Shown: positions 26,240 to 36,361, numbered from the stretch's first letter. The stretch: 64,000 bases of DNA from a virus (IMGVR_UViG_3300019850_000189:125376-189375), one strand, 5' to 3'. The notes: a model not told the origin generated them from the letters alone. Translations and numbers: made by a program.

Positions 26240-27987
26240 AGACTGATAATAAAGTAAAATGGAGACAGCTTTCTTATAATGGCCCATCATTCCCCCAAAT
26301 TTACCAGTTAAAAGGCTACGAAATTCCGATCAATATGCCATGGTTTGATGATAAGCCAATTAAGGTTAAATTCCCATCAAATATTGAAGAAATGCTTTAT
26401 CATTGGGCATCTAAAACAAATACGCAATATGTAAAGGATCCTGTATTTAGAGATAACTTCTTTAAAGATCTTAAAGCGGCTGTCCAAACAGTTTTTATTT
26501 CAATGCTACATGAGGCAATGAAAGCCAAGTTCCCAGACGACTGGGATTTTTCAGTAATAGTTTCCGCTATTGAAAAGAAAAAAGAAGCCAGGAAAAACAG
26601 AACCAAAGAAGAGAAGGAAAAAGCCAAGCTTGAAACAGCAGCTCGGAAAGAAAAATATGGATATGCTATGATGGATGGCCATCGTATAGAAATAATGAAT
26701 TACACTGTTGAGCCACCTGGTATTTTCATGGGAAGAGGAAAAAATCCGTTAAGGGGAAGATGGAAGTCACGAATTTATCCCAATGATGTAACGCTTAATT
26801 TGAGCAAAGACGCGCCAATTCCAGTTCCTGATGTTCCTGAGTATATTAGTACTAAATGGAAGAACATAGTCAACAAGCAGGATGCAATGTGGCCGGCTTT
26901 CTGGCTTGATAAATTAACAGGAAATTACAAGTATGTTATGCCAAGCCCGAAGTCATATATTCGGCAGCAGAAGGATATAGAGAAATTTGAAAAAGCCATG
27001 CGGCTAATAAAAAAAATGCCTGAAGCTATCGAGTTTATTAGTAAAAGAATGCAAACAAAGTTTGATAGAGAACCCGCAACAGTCTGTAGTTTAATAGCTC
27101 ATATGGGGTTAAGAGTGGGTGATGAAAAGGACATCGACAGTGAAGCCGAAACTTATGGGGCAACAACATTGTTAAAGAAGCATATTCAAATTAAAGAGAA
27201 TTTCGTATATTTCAATTTTATTGGCAAAGACAGTATTCTATACAAAGAAAAAGTTGAGCTTCCAGATCTTACAGTCAAGAATCTTAAAAGCATTATTAAA
27301 TTCAAAAAACCTAATGAGCAGGTGTTCAACGTGACATCCAATGACATCAATGAACTTCTTGGCAAATTCATGCCTGGGCTTACCGCCAAAGTTTTTAGAA
27401 CTGCTATAGCAACCGCGATAATGGAGAATTATCTTAAACAACATAAAATTAAAAATGCAAGCACCTTGGAAAAAATCAAAGTTTTTAAAGAGGCCAATAT
27501 TTTGGTAGCTCAGAAACTTAATCATCGTAAGACACCAACAGAGAGTGCCATTAATAGCATCTCCAATAAAGAAAATAAATTAGCTGAGATAAACAAGATC
27601 CTAAAAACAATGAAGAAAACGGGCAAAATTGAAATTGTCAGAGCTCTGAAAGAAAAACGTAAAAAGGTTGCAGGATATAAAAAGAAATACAAGAATTCAA
27701 GATTAAGGAATGCTATATCCAGAGCCAATAGTTCTTACGGTGCCAAGAAAAGAAAATGGAAAAATCGAATTAAGAAGCTTGAGGATAGAAAGAATAAGCT
27801 TGACTTTCAGTTGGACTTGCAAAAGAAGACGTTGGATCTTAATCTTGGGACATCACTCACTTCATATGTAAATCCCAGAGTAACTTTTGGATGGGCTAAA
27901 TCAATAAACCTTGAACTAAGACATATATATACAAAAGCAAATATTGAGAGATTTGGCTGGGCCCAGAAAAAGCACAATGTCCTATGA
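26236..27987 (+). CDS. DNA topoisomerase IB, long eukaryote/Nitrososphaerota type
   Basis: W..L...GP.F, VEPPGIFMGRG.NP.RG.WK.RI, MGLRVGDEKD, FIGKDSI, LTAKVFRT, LNH, LGTSLTSYVNPR, RFGWA. Confidence 0.9.
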   Translation: MKTDNKVKWRQLSYNGPSFPQIYQLKGYEIPINMPWFDDKPIKVKFPSNIEEMLYHWASKTNTQYVKDPVFRDNFFKDLKAAVQTVFISMLHEAMKAKFPDDWDFSVIVSAIEKKKEARKNRTKEEKEKAKLETAARKEKYGYAMMDGHRIEIMNYTVEPPGIFMGRGKNPLRGRWKSRIYPNDVTLNLSKDAPIPVPDVPEYISTKWKNIVNKQDAMWPAFWLDKLTGNYKYVMPSPKSYIRQQKDIEKFEKAMRLIKKMPEAIEFISKRMQTKFDREPATVCSLIAHMGLRVGDEKDIDSEAETYGATTLLKKHIQIKENFVYFNFIGKDSILYKEKVELPDLTVKNLKSIIKFKKPNEQVFNVTSNDINELLGKFMPGLTAKVFRTAIATAIMENYLKQHKIKNASTLEKIKVFKEANILVAQKLNHRKTPTESAINSISNKENKLAEINKILKTMKKTGKIEIVRALKEKRKKVAGYKKKYKNSRLRNAISRANSSYGAKKRKWKNRIKKLEDRKNKLDFQLDLQKKTLDLNLGTSLTSYVNPRVTFGWAKSINLELRHIYTKANIERFGWAQKKHNVL

Positions 27988-28316
27988 ACCAAATAATTCA
28001 AATAATAGATATCGCTAGTTCAAGAGAAAGACAAGAGAAAATTGGCAAAATTGCCGAAGTCGTACAAAGAGTGGTCATAGAATATAATAAGAATATTCAA
28101 GAGCCAAGGAATAAGATCGTTGCCAGCTGGCCCGCTGAACTCCTGAGTAAAAAAAACCAGTTATGCGAAATAGAAGTCGGCACAAGTAAAGCACCACGTT
28201 TCTATGACGGGTATTTAAAAGTTGTATTTAGTCCCGAAGAAAGTATAGAGGGGGTGATTAGGAAGGTCAAAAGAGCAGTTGCTTTGACTTTCCTGAAAGA
28301 TGAACCTAGTAAATGA
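27984..28316 (+). CDS. hypothetical protein
   Basis: ATGA overlap. Confidence 0.55.
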   Translation: MNQIIQIIDIASSRERQEKIGKIAEVVQRVVIEYNKNIQEPRNKIVASWPAELLSKKNQLCEIEVGTSKAPRFYDGYLKVVFSPEESIEGVIRKVKRAVALTFLKDEPSK

Positions 28317-28569
28317 AGTTGACATAGTAGTTCGTAATTTATCCGAAGAATTACCGTTAAATATGACTCTCAAAGTAGATCATTTCGAGGATATTCTTGA
28401 TGAAGAGCAAAAAATATACACGCATATGAGGGTGCATCTTGTACTAGTGGAGCAGAAGTTCACCAGCAATAAGCTAACTGACATTATAATTTTGTGCGAC
28501 AGAAATAGCCATATATCTAAGATTAAGAAAATGATCAAGTCGGCTATGGCCAAAGATTTGTTAAGATAA
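28300..28569 (+). CDS. hypothetical protein
   Basis: ORF track. Confidence 0.55.
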   Translation: MNLVNEVDIVVRNLSEELPLNMTLKVDHFEDILDEEQKIYTHMRVHLVLVEQKFTSNKLTDIIILCDRNSHISKIKKMIKSAMAKDLLR

Positions 28570-28573
28570 ATCT

Positions 28574-30010
28574 ATGCTATGCAAATTAGAACTAACAAAC
28601 AATTTAATATTTATCACTTCAAGAAATTATATTATCCAACATATATCCAAGAATTTTACTTATCGCGATATATCTCAAGCTTTTGTTCACGGCAAATTTC
28701 AAAAACACAATGTCCGCATAATTAAACTATTGAAGTTTCAAAGTGATAAATATGCTTCACTCCCTATAGGGTTATTGGATGAATTAAAGTATCTTCTTGA
28801 TAATATAGAAGATATGAATTATAAGATTATAGATAATCGCTCAACAATAAAACATAATTTTACTGATGAGCAAATAAAGAATTGCCTTAACACGCCTTTA
28901 AGGGATTATCAAGTGGATGCGGCAAAAACATTTTTCCGGGAACAGCAAATGATCATGAAAGCAGCTACCGGTTCCGGTAAGACGAAAGTAACGGCTGCAA
29001 TTATAAAGTTATTGGATGTTCCTACTTTAATATTAGCTCACAAGAAGGATCTGGTGCATCAAACAGCCAAAAGATTCATCGAAGATGGTCTCACCAATAT
29101 AGGTATTGTTCAGGGTACAAATATGCACACAGATAAAGTAACCATTGCAACAATTCAGTCTGCACACAAAATAGATCCTAACATTCGCAATAACTTCAAA
29201 ATGGTAGTGTCAGATGAATGCCATAGATGCAACTCTCCTACTTATCAAGCTTTGTTGTCTCAAATGGTGAATACACATTATAAGCTGGGTTTGTCTGCAA
29301 CTCCATACAACAAAGACAAACTGCATAATGCTCTTGTTAAGTCTTGGATAGGTGAGATTAAATTTGATCTGGGAGCAAAAGATCTTATTGCACAAGGATT
29401 CCTGGCTGAGCCAGAAATACATATTATACCAATCCGCAAAGCTGTCCAAGTGAGGCATTTAAAAAGTGGCTATAAAAAATACTCGATAAATATCGAGGAT
29501 TATGGCTGGGTTGGTGCGGAGAGGAATGGCATTATTCACAATGCATATCGAAATGATGTAATAAAAGTGATTGCTGAAAATGCACCGGGACCTGTATTAG
29601 TGCTTGTTAAAAGTATCAAACACGGTGAAAAACTCAATAAAATAATTTCCAATTCAATATTTATTTATGGCGATACAAAAATCGAAGATCGACAAGAGCA
29701 TATTAAAGAATTCGAAGAAGGCAAAAACATAATACTAATCGGCTCCACAATTTTGGATGAAGGAATCGATATCCAGGAACTTAAAACCCTTATTGTATGC
29801 GCAGGAGGTAAATCTTTTATTCGGACCATTCAAAGATTAGGCCGAGCCTTGAGAAAAACTGAGACTAAACATGATGTATTGATATACGATTTTATGGACA
29901 CTACAAATAGATATCTTGAAAAACACAGTAAAGAAAGAATTAAGGCATATCAAAAAGAAGGATTTCAAAAAATAATTTTTGATAAAGGCTATGACGAAAA
30001 CCAAAAGTAA
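28574..30010 (+). CDS. SF2 DExH helicase, T4 UvsW-like
   Basis: LRDYQ, AATGSGKT, SDECH, GLSATP, DEGIDI, IQRLGRALR. Confidence 0.88.
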   Translation: MLCKLELTNNLIFITSRNYIIQHISKNFTYRDISQAFVHGKFQKHNVRIIKLLKFQSDKYASLPIGLLDELKYLLDNIEDMNYKIIDNRSTIKHNFTDEQIKNCLNTPLRDYQVDAAKTFFREQQMIMKAATGSGKTKVTAAIIKLLDVPTLILAHKKDLVHQTAKRFIEDGLTNIGIVQGTNMHTDKVTIATIQSAHKIDPNIRNNFKMVVSDECHRCNSPTYQALLSQMVNTHYKLGLSATPYNKDKLHNALVKSWIGEIKFDLGAKDLIAQGFLAEPEIHIIPIRKAVQVRHLKSGYKKYSINIEDYGWVGAERNGIIHNAYRNDVIKVIAENAPGPVLVLVKSIKHGEKLNKIISNSIFIYGDTKIEDRQEHIKEFEEGKNIILIGSTILDEGIDIQELKTLIVCAGGKSFIRTIQRLGRALRKTETKHDVLIYDFMDTTNRYLEKHSKERIKAYQKEGFQKIIFDKGYDENQK

Positions 30011-30048
30011 TAAGATTATAACCGAGTAACAGCAAAGATAATGGTGTT

Positions 30049-30621
30049 ATGAACTTTAAGTCTATATTAAAAAATATATTATTAGAAGAACATCTGCCGG
30101 GGACGGCCCTTTTTGTTGGCCGTATGCAGCCACTTACAATTGCGCATTATAATATTATAGATGATGCTAGAAAAAAGTATGATTATATTTTTGTAATTAT
30201 AGTTGCGGGTAAATCAAAGAAGAATAACCCGCTAACTTTCAAACAGCGCATAGAATTGGTATATAAAGCTTTTGAAGGCAAAATTCCAATGTCTCATATT
30301 ATAAAGGCGCCGAATGCTTTCACGCCAAGTATCATAGATTATTTGCAAAGATACATCAGTAAAGAAAAACATAAGAATCGGTTTGTAATATTTAGCGGCG
30401 AGGATAGGGCCAATGAATATGTCAACCAAATCGAAAAATATTATAATGGCAGTGCTCAAGTGAATGTGCATATTATTCCGCGGAAAGAGGAAAGCATATC
30501 CGCCACCAAAGTAAGAAAAGCGTTGATGAATGATGATATAAGCAGTTATAAACGTTTGATGCCACATACGCTATGGGATGAATACGAAGAATTGAAACAA
30601 ATAATTAATAATGTTGAGTAA
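30049..30621 (+). CDS. cytidylyltransferase-like (HIGH superfamily) nucleotidyltransferase
   Basis: LFVGRMQPLTIAH, NPL.F..R, FSGEDR, ISATKVRKAL. Confidence 0.8.
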   Translation: MNFKSILKNILLEEHLPGTALFVGRMQPLTIAHYNIIDDARKKYDYIFVIIVAGKSKKNNPLTFKQRIELVYKAFEGKIPMSHIIKAPNAFTPSIIDYLQRYISKEKHKNRFVIFSGEDRANEYVNQIEKYYNGSAQVNVHIIPRKEESISATKVRKALMNDDISSYKRLMPHTLWDEYEELKQIINNVE

Positions 30622-30719
30622 AATTATATGCATTATCTGAGCAATAAAGAATATGATTATATGTAATTTATAGCTCTTGTGAGCTCAAGATAATCTACAG
30701 ATAAAATACACAAGGAGAG

Positions 30720-31163
30720 ATGAATATGCAGATTGAGAAATTTATCGATATGCTGGAACAAAGAGTTGATGAAAAAGCCGCTTCGGCTCTTAATGAAGCT
30801 ATGATACATGGTGAAAATGTACCTGACGCTATTAAAAAGCAATACGGCTTCAAGTGGGCGTATGTGCCAGAGAAATACAATATCCTGATCGGTCTCAAGA
30901 AAGACAGTGATGACCTCGAACATGACAAATGGGAAGTTATTGCCTTCGAGCCTAAAGTCAAAGCTGCAGCAGTTGCCAAGAAGGGAATGGCGAAAGAATT
31001 CGAGAGCATGAATGAAGCCATCGATTTCACAACTTTCACAGAAGTTTCCAAGAGTGGCGACATGAATTTCCTTAAGCTTCTCGAACTTATTAAGGATCTT
31101 CTTGAGAATAAGACTATTGGAGTACTACAGTCAACAGCAGCAAAGCTAAAAACTCGAGGGTAA
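30720..31163 (+). CDS. hypothetical protein, probably virion-associated
   Basis: AAGGAG RBS; LNEA/MNEA motifs. Confidence 0.55.
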   Translation: MNMQIEKFIDMLEQRVDEKAASALNEAMIHGENVPDAIKKQYGFKWAYVPEKYNILIGLKKDSDDLEHDKWEVIAFEPKVKAAAVAKKGMAKEFESMNEAIDFTTFTEVSKSGDMNFLKLLELIKDLLENKTIGVLQSTAAKLKTRG

Positions 31164-31171
31164 GGTAAGCA

Positions 31172-32299
31172 ATGCCTATATATCCTTATGATGAATTAAC
31201 ACCAATAATTCCCGGAAAGCCCAGCCAGGCGCCAAGCGGTTCGGGTAGATCTGGCGCCAAAGTGCCAAAAGATGTTGAGATATGGCCAACCAAAGGACAA
31301 GGCAAGCCAAAACCTGGAGAGCCAGGGGCCGGTAATCCAAAACCTGGAGAGCCAGGGCCGGGCAAGCCAAAACCTGGAGAGCCAGGGCCGGGCAAGCCAA
31401 AACCTGGAGAGCAAACCGCTGGAAAACCAACCTCAAAAAGGACTACCTTAACAGACACAGAGAAAGTTATTGGTGAAAGCGATGGCACAGCCCGAGGAGT
31501 TATCAAGCGAGTTTATGACGAAGCTAAGCGCAAAACGCATAGAATGGCGGGCAAGGCCGGCCAAGAGGCAGGCTCGAGCTTAAGTGTTTTTGAACCATTA
31601 TTAGAAGCTAAAATCAACTGGCCGAGATTATTAAAACAAAAAGTAAAATTTTATGCCGATAAAGTTGGAAGAAAGATGAAGCAGCAGCCAAGCTATCTGA
31701 TGTATCCTTGGAAAGCACAAGCCCAGGTGGGTATTCTCGCAAAAGCACCATTAAGGAAACCGGAAAAGAATTACATATATTTAATATTCGCATTTGACAC
31801 ATCTGGCTCCATTGGGCAAGATGAAATGCAAAATATAGTTAATGAGCTCAATTCAGTCGCAAATACATTTAAGAATGGCACGCAAGGCATCACGGGCAAA
31901 GTATTTGAAATGGAATGGGATACAGCCGTGCATCAATTTACTGAATTCAAGCCATCTCAAAAAATAAAAGTCCTTGGCGGTGGGGGCACCGATCCCACTA
32001 GTATTTTTAAATATATAGATAAAAAAATCAAACGAGAATCTGATGGAAAATATGTACTAGATCTTGGGCCTCAGGATCAGCAGTCAGTAAGAAAATTGCC
32101 TGGCACTAAATATACTACAGCACCATTTCTAGTTATATTTACTGATGGGGATTTTTTTCGTAATCTAAATAAAGCGTCATTGGGAAAAATATATGGCATA
32201 AGTGAAGATAATATATTTTATATACTCACGGACACCGATAAATATATTTATCCGCAAAAAGAAGGAAATCATATTTGGTATGATACTCCCAAATTTTAG
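31172..32299 (+). CDS. vWA-like domain protein (C-terminal half of DUF2201 family) with Pro/Gly repeats
   Basis: KINWPRLL, IFAFDTSGSI, GGGGTD, VIFTDG. Confidence 0.8.
   Translation: MPIYPYDELTPIIPGKPSQAPSGSGRSGAKVPKDVEIWPTKGQGKPKPGEPGAGNPKPGEPGPGKPKPGEPGPGKPKPGEQTAGKPTSKRTTLTDTEKVIGESDGTARGVIKRVYDEAKRKTHRMAGKAGQEAGSSLSVFEPLLEAKINWPRLLKQKVKFYADKVGRKMKQQPSYLMYPWKAQAQVGILAKAPLRKPEKNYIYLIFAFDTSGSIGQDEMQNIVNELNSVANTFKNGTQGITGKVFEMEWDTAVHQFTEFKPSQKIKVLGGGGTDPTSIFKYIDKKIKRESDGKYVLDLGPQDQQSVRKLPGTKYTTAPFLVIFTDGDFFRNLNKASLGKIYGISEDNIFYILTDTDKYIYPQKEGNHIWYDTPKF
31301..31412 (+). repeat. 30-bp coding tandem repeat (GKPKPGEPGP x about 3.7)
   Basis: GGCAAGCCAAAACCTGGAGAGCCAGGGCCG units. Confidence 0.9.
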
Positions 32300-32310
32300 G
32301 AGGAATTGAA

Positions 32311-34605
32311 ATGTCCCTCGGTTTTGAACATCTATTAGACAAAATGAATGTCGAGCTAAACGAACTTGATGCAAGGGGGGCTCTGCAGAAAACAGGAACA
32401 ACAATTAAAAGAGCTCTAACAGCCATTCCGGCAGCATTAAGAGGACTATATAACAAAATGGCAGGTGTCGTCAAATCTGTTGAAAAAGCATGGTTTAGCT
32501 TTCATGCCGCCATTGGCAGATTGAAAAATAACAAATTCGCATTATTTGGAAGAAATGGAAACAAACTCACTCCAGATCTGGATTTTATGAAAAGAGTTGA
32601 ATTTAGCGGGAAGCATGTACCAATGTACAGATATAAGTCTGCAAAATACGGTATGGTAGAAGGATGGCTTCAACCTAATGGCAAAGTTGCTGTAGCTAAA
32701 ATGCATCATGAAGGTGTGCCTTTATTCTATTTAGGTCCTACTGTATTTAACCCCGCCACAATCAAAGTGACCGAATCAATAATAAGTCCAACTGAAAAGA
32801 TTCTACTAGAACAAATATTGATAGAGGCTATTACAGGTAAAGAGGCGGAAGCCCAATTTTCGATGACCAGAAAAGAATCAGAAATGGCATTTAATGTGGA
32901 GAATCTTGTTAGAGAAGTTGTGAAAGAAAAAGAAAGGCCATTGAATGAAAGTGTAATCACTGCCGCAGATTTAGAAGATATATTAGATGATATGGCAACA
33001 GCAGTAGAGGCAAAAGCGCTTGGACGAAGAAAGATGTCATTGCTTCTTTATGGACCTCCTGGCGTTGGTAAGTCTCAGGTAGTTGAGACATTTTTCGAAA
33101 AAAGAGGTTTTAAAGTAACGCTATTAATGATTCAACACGTGCCTATTGAAACTCTCGCTGGTTTTCCAGTTATCGATTTAGAAGGCAAGATGTCAAGCCA
33201 CAAGGGCGTTACAATGATGGTATCTGATATATTACCAGAAAGCACAAGTAAAGCCAATCATCTCCTCTTCCTTGATGAATTTAATGCAGGCAGTCCTGAA
33301 CAGCAGAAGGCAGCAATGAACCTTGCCTTGACAGGTAAAATTGGAACTTATACTTTACCGGTAAATACAGCAATTATTGCGGCTGGCAATGCAGGCGAAA
33401 TAGACCGGGCCACCGCAGTTACAGAATTAGACGCTCCTACATTTCGAAGATTTGTTTATAAGCTTCGTGTAGAACCTGATTTACCTTCGTGGCTGAAATA
33501 TTCCAGGAAAGATACTATTATAACATATGCCGGCGACAAATTAAACATGGGCCCAGTGCTCCCTATTATTACAAGAAACCTTGTCAAGTGGGCTGAAGAA
33601 GTGAAAGATCCTAAAGCTCCATTTGAAAAAATACTCAAAGGTTTTGGTGGCGAATCCGAGACGGGCTGGACAGATCCTGCCACATGGACAGCCTTGGATG
33701 AACAGATGAAGCTTCGAGGCATTAAAGAATTTAAGAATCTTCCAAAAGCCACTCAAAATAAACTGGTTGAAATCGGTAAGAAACAATTTAAGCATTTGAA
33801 AGACGATTTGGAAGCTGGTGCAAGAGCTTATACGATGGGCAAACAGGATGACATACTCAAAACTGTTGGGCCTAGAATTCTGGGCGCTGATTCTACAGAA
33901 CTGGTTTCCGAGATGATAGTCAACTGGGAAGATTTTAAAAGAGAATCTGTACCTACATTAGATGTATTATTAAATTACAAGAATGTAAGAGATAGAGTTG
34001 CTAAATCAAAGGCTATTGATGCTGAAGTTATGATGGCTGAAATGGCCAACGAAATAGTTAACTTCGGCTCGAAAACGGCCATGAAGAAATATATGTCAAA
34101 CAAGGGCATTGGTTATTATAAATCATCTGGAAAAGATCCTTTGGCTCAGGCTCTTATGAATGTTGGGCAGTTTGTCAAAGACTTGGACGTAGGAGCCGAA
34201 ATAATTACAGCTCACTTTGAAGCATTAGCTCCAGCCATTGAAATGAAAAACCAATTGGCACTTGACTGGAAAGCAGGGCTATTGCAGCTTGGCATAGACC
34301 GAATTAAGGCCGGCTGGAATGGTTTCTTACAATCAATAGATAAGCAATTTAAAGATATAGCCGATGCTGATGATAAAGCAAAGTTTGTGTCTATGAAGAA
34401 TAGTGGCGATTATTTTGAGCCAATTATAAAAGCCTCTATGAGAATTAAAGATGCCAAATTAAGACAACAGTTCTTAGATACAGAATCTAAAAACTGGATC
34501 TTGCATCAGTCAAAAGCCAAGAAAAATGTAAAAAAAGAAGAAGACATTGATGATAATGAAATCGTAATAACCGAAGAGATGCTAGAACTAGCAGGGGTAA
34601 AATAA
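32311..34605 (+). CDS. large MoxR-type AAA+ ATPase with N- and C-terminal extensions
   Basis: LYGPPGVGKS, LFLDEFN, AAGN, LD.PTFRRF, DPATW. Confidence 0.85.
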   Translation: MSLGFEHLLDKMNVELNELDARGALQKTGTTIKRALTAIPAALRGLYNKMAGVVKSVEKAWFSFHAAIGRLKNNKFALFGRNGNKLTPDLDFMKRVEFSGKHVPMYRYKSAKYGMVEGWLQPNGKVAVAKMHHEGVPLFYLGPTVFNPATIKVTESIISPTEKILLEQILIEAITGKEAEAQFSMTRKESEMAFNVENLVREVVKEKERPLNESVITAADLEDILDDMATAVEAKALGRRKMSLLLYGPPGVGKSQVVETFFEKRGFKVTLLMIQHVPIETLAGFPVIDLEGKMSSHKGVTMMVSDILPESTSKANHLLFLDEFNAGSPEQQKAAMNLALTGKIGTYTLPVNTAIIAAGNAGEIDRATAVTELDAPTFRRFVYKLRVEPDLPSWLKYSRKDTIITYAGDKLNMGPVLPIITRNLVKWAEEVKDPKAPFEKILKGFGGESETGWTDPATWTALDEQMKLRGIKEFKNLPKATQNKLVEIGKKQFKHLKDDLEAGARAYTMGKQDDILKTVGPRILGADSTELVSEMIVNWEDFKRESVPTLDVLLNYKNVRDRVAKSKAIDAEVMMAEMANEIVNFGSKTAMKKYMSNKGIGYYKSSGKDPLAQALMNVGQFVKDLDVGAEIITAHFEALAPAIEMKNQLALDWKAGLLQLGIDRIKAGWNGFLQSIDKQFKDIADADDKAKFVSMKNSGDYFEPIIKASMRIKDAKLRQQFLDTESKNWILHQSKAKKNVKKEEDIDDNEIVITEEMLELAGVK

Positions 34606-34606
34606 A

Positions 34607-35356
34607 TTGAGCCTTAAGGGTATTATTGATGGCATCGTGCAAAAGGCACAAGATCCTTCTGTGCCTTTTGTGGATGTTGTATTCGAACAGCAAGAAATCA
34701 CCAGACCACCAGAAAGGATCCGTGCGCTTATACAATATCTGATTCCACGAGATGCTCTTTTTGCCACTTTCCTATTAAAAGCCAAATATATAAAAGGTCA
34801 CCCGGGGGTTAATACTGCAGCTGTTAATGTTATAAAGGGCCGCATTAATTTTTACTATAACGAAAATTTCATAAACCAATTCCCTCCAAACCAGCTAATG
34901 TTTATAGTGGCTCATGAATTCTATCACATTGCTAGAATGCATCTAGATCGTGCTGCCAGGAGAAAAATGAATAGTAATCTATACAATATCGCCGCTGATG
35001 AAATCATAAACCATGACATTATATCACAACTCGGCGCGCTTGCCGGTATGAAACTAGAAATGCCGACAATAGATGGCCGACCCATAGGTTTAGAAATTGA
35101 TAAAAGATACGCAAAGAGCCATCCGGATCCTAAATTATGGACGACCGAAAGTCTCTATAGATTTTTAGAGAAAAAAGGACAGTCTAAAGGCAAACCAAAG
35201 CCTCCGAAGAAGAAAGATTTAATGGCGCCGGGTCGAATTGTAAGAGTCGGCAAGGGTGAGGATTACGGTGTTATAAAAAAAGTCAACAAAGACGGAACAT
35301 ATGAAGTTGATCCTCTCACAAAAGAAGAAGTTGAAAAAAGACTTAAAGCGTCATAA
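34607..35356 (+). CDS. HExxH metallopeptidase-like domain (N-terminal half of DUF2201 family)
   Basis: TAAV, YN.NF, FIVAHEFYHIARMH, NIAADEIIN, E.LY..L. Confidence 0.8.
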   Translation: MSLKGIIDGIVQKAQDPSVPFVDVVFEQQEITRPPERIRALIQYLIPRDALFATFLLKAKYIKGHPGVNTAAVNVIKGRINFYYNENFINQFPPNQLMFIVAHEFYHIARMHLDRAARRKMNSNLYNIAADEIINHDIISQLGALAGMKLEMPTIDGRPIGLEIDKRYAKSHPDPKLWTTESLYRFLEKKGQSKGKPKPPKKKDLMAPGRIVRVGKGEDYGVIKKVNKDGTYEVDPLTKEEVEKRLKAS

Positions 35357-35357
35357 A

Positions 35358-36149
35358 TTATTCCCAAACAAATAGATTTTCTCTATGAATTTTTTTATGC
35401 TCATCTTTCCATATTGGCATTAAATTACACAAAGCCCAACATTGTTTAAATTCTGGATCTTCGGGTCTCTCAAATTTCCAGTAGCTTTGATAGATTTTGT
35501 GATGTAGTTCCCATTTTGTGCCATGATTCGCCAAGGTCATTGGCTCCTTTTCTGGATATTTTTTATTAAGTTCTGACATTTGTCTATTTAATTCTATTTG
35601 GAGCTCTTTGAGGGTCCATGAAAGGAGATTTTCCCAATGGCGCCCGTTTTTGTTGCCCTCCAAGGCAGATCTAATCCTATTTCCCATATATATATTTAAT
35701 TTAAACATTGGGTCAGTTCTGCGTTTATTAGCTCGCAAATTGTTGTAATAATCAGGATTTCTTTCCATCATTTTTTGATACAGCTTTTTACGATAGGCCG
35801 GATCCCTTTTTATGGCTCTTTGATACCGCTTTGTGTTATAATCCGGATCTTTCGCGATTCGTTTTTGATACAGCTTTTTATTATAATCCGGGTCTTTTGC
35901 GATTCGATTTTGGTAATGCTCTACATTATAGCTAGGATTTCTTTTAACATTTTTTTTATAATACTCTTTTTTATAAGCTTTTATCTTTTCAATATTTTCT
36001 TCATACCGTTTTCTGCTGATAATCTTCTGACATTCTTTACAATAAAAACCCAATCCGGCTTTGCTACTTTTGTGTTTATTAAATTCGTTTGGATTTTTTA
36101 TTTCGCCGCATTTACCGCATTTTTTCATTTTCTTTGATCCATTGTTCAA
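35358..36149 (-). CDS. HNH endonuclease with N-terminal Zn finger and 15-aa repeats
   Basis: KKCGKCGEIK...EF......G....CKEC; DPDY repeats; WELHH...N...H. Confidence 0.75.
   Translation of the reverse strand: MNNGSKKMKKCGKCGEIKNPNEFNKHKSSKAGLGFYCKECQKIISRKRYEENIEKIKAYKKEYYKKNVKRNPSYNVEHYQNRIAKDPDYNKKLYQKRIAKDPDYNTKRYQRAIKRDPAYRKKLYQKMMERNPDYYNNLRANKRRTDPMFKLNIYMGNRIRSALEGNKNGRHWENLLSWTLKELQIELNRQMSELNKKYPEKEPMTLANHGTKWELHHKIYQSYWKFERPEDPEFKQCWALCNLMPIWKDEHKKIHRENLFVWE
35776..35915 (-). repeat. about 45-bp coding repeats (IAKDPDYNKKLYQKR-like)
   Basis: 3-4 imperfect units inside the HNH gene. Confidence 0.75.
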
Positions 36150-36249
36150 TTAAATGGACAATCAGCCTAGTTCTTTTAAGCATTTTTTTATTAGTTAAAT
36201 TGATAAATCTTTTATATAGATTTTTGTCAATGTCAAAAGATGACTTCAT
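36112..36249 (-). CDS. small ribbon-helix-helix-like protein
   Basis: MKSSFDIDKNLYKRF.......MLKRT.LI..LIEQW. Confidence 0.5.
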   Translation of the reverse strand: MKSSFDIDKNLYKRFINLTNKKMLKRTRLIVHLIEQWIKENEKMR

Positions 36250-36361
36250 TATACTTTCTTTGATTTCTTTCATACTATTATCTTTAGTATATCGTAACAA
36301 AAATGTAATTTTTACTAAAATACTTTCTATTTACAAAGATAAGATAAAGGATAGGCATATA

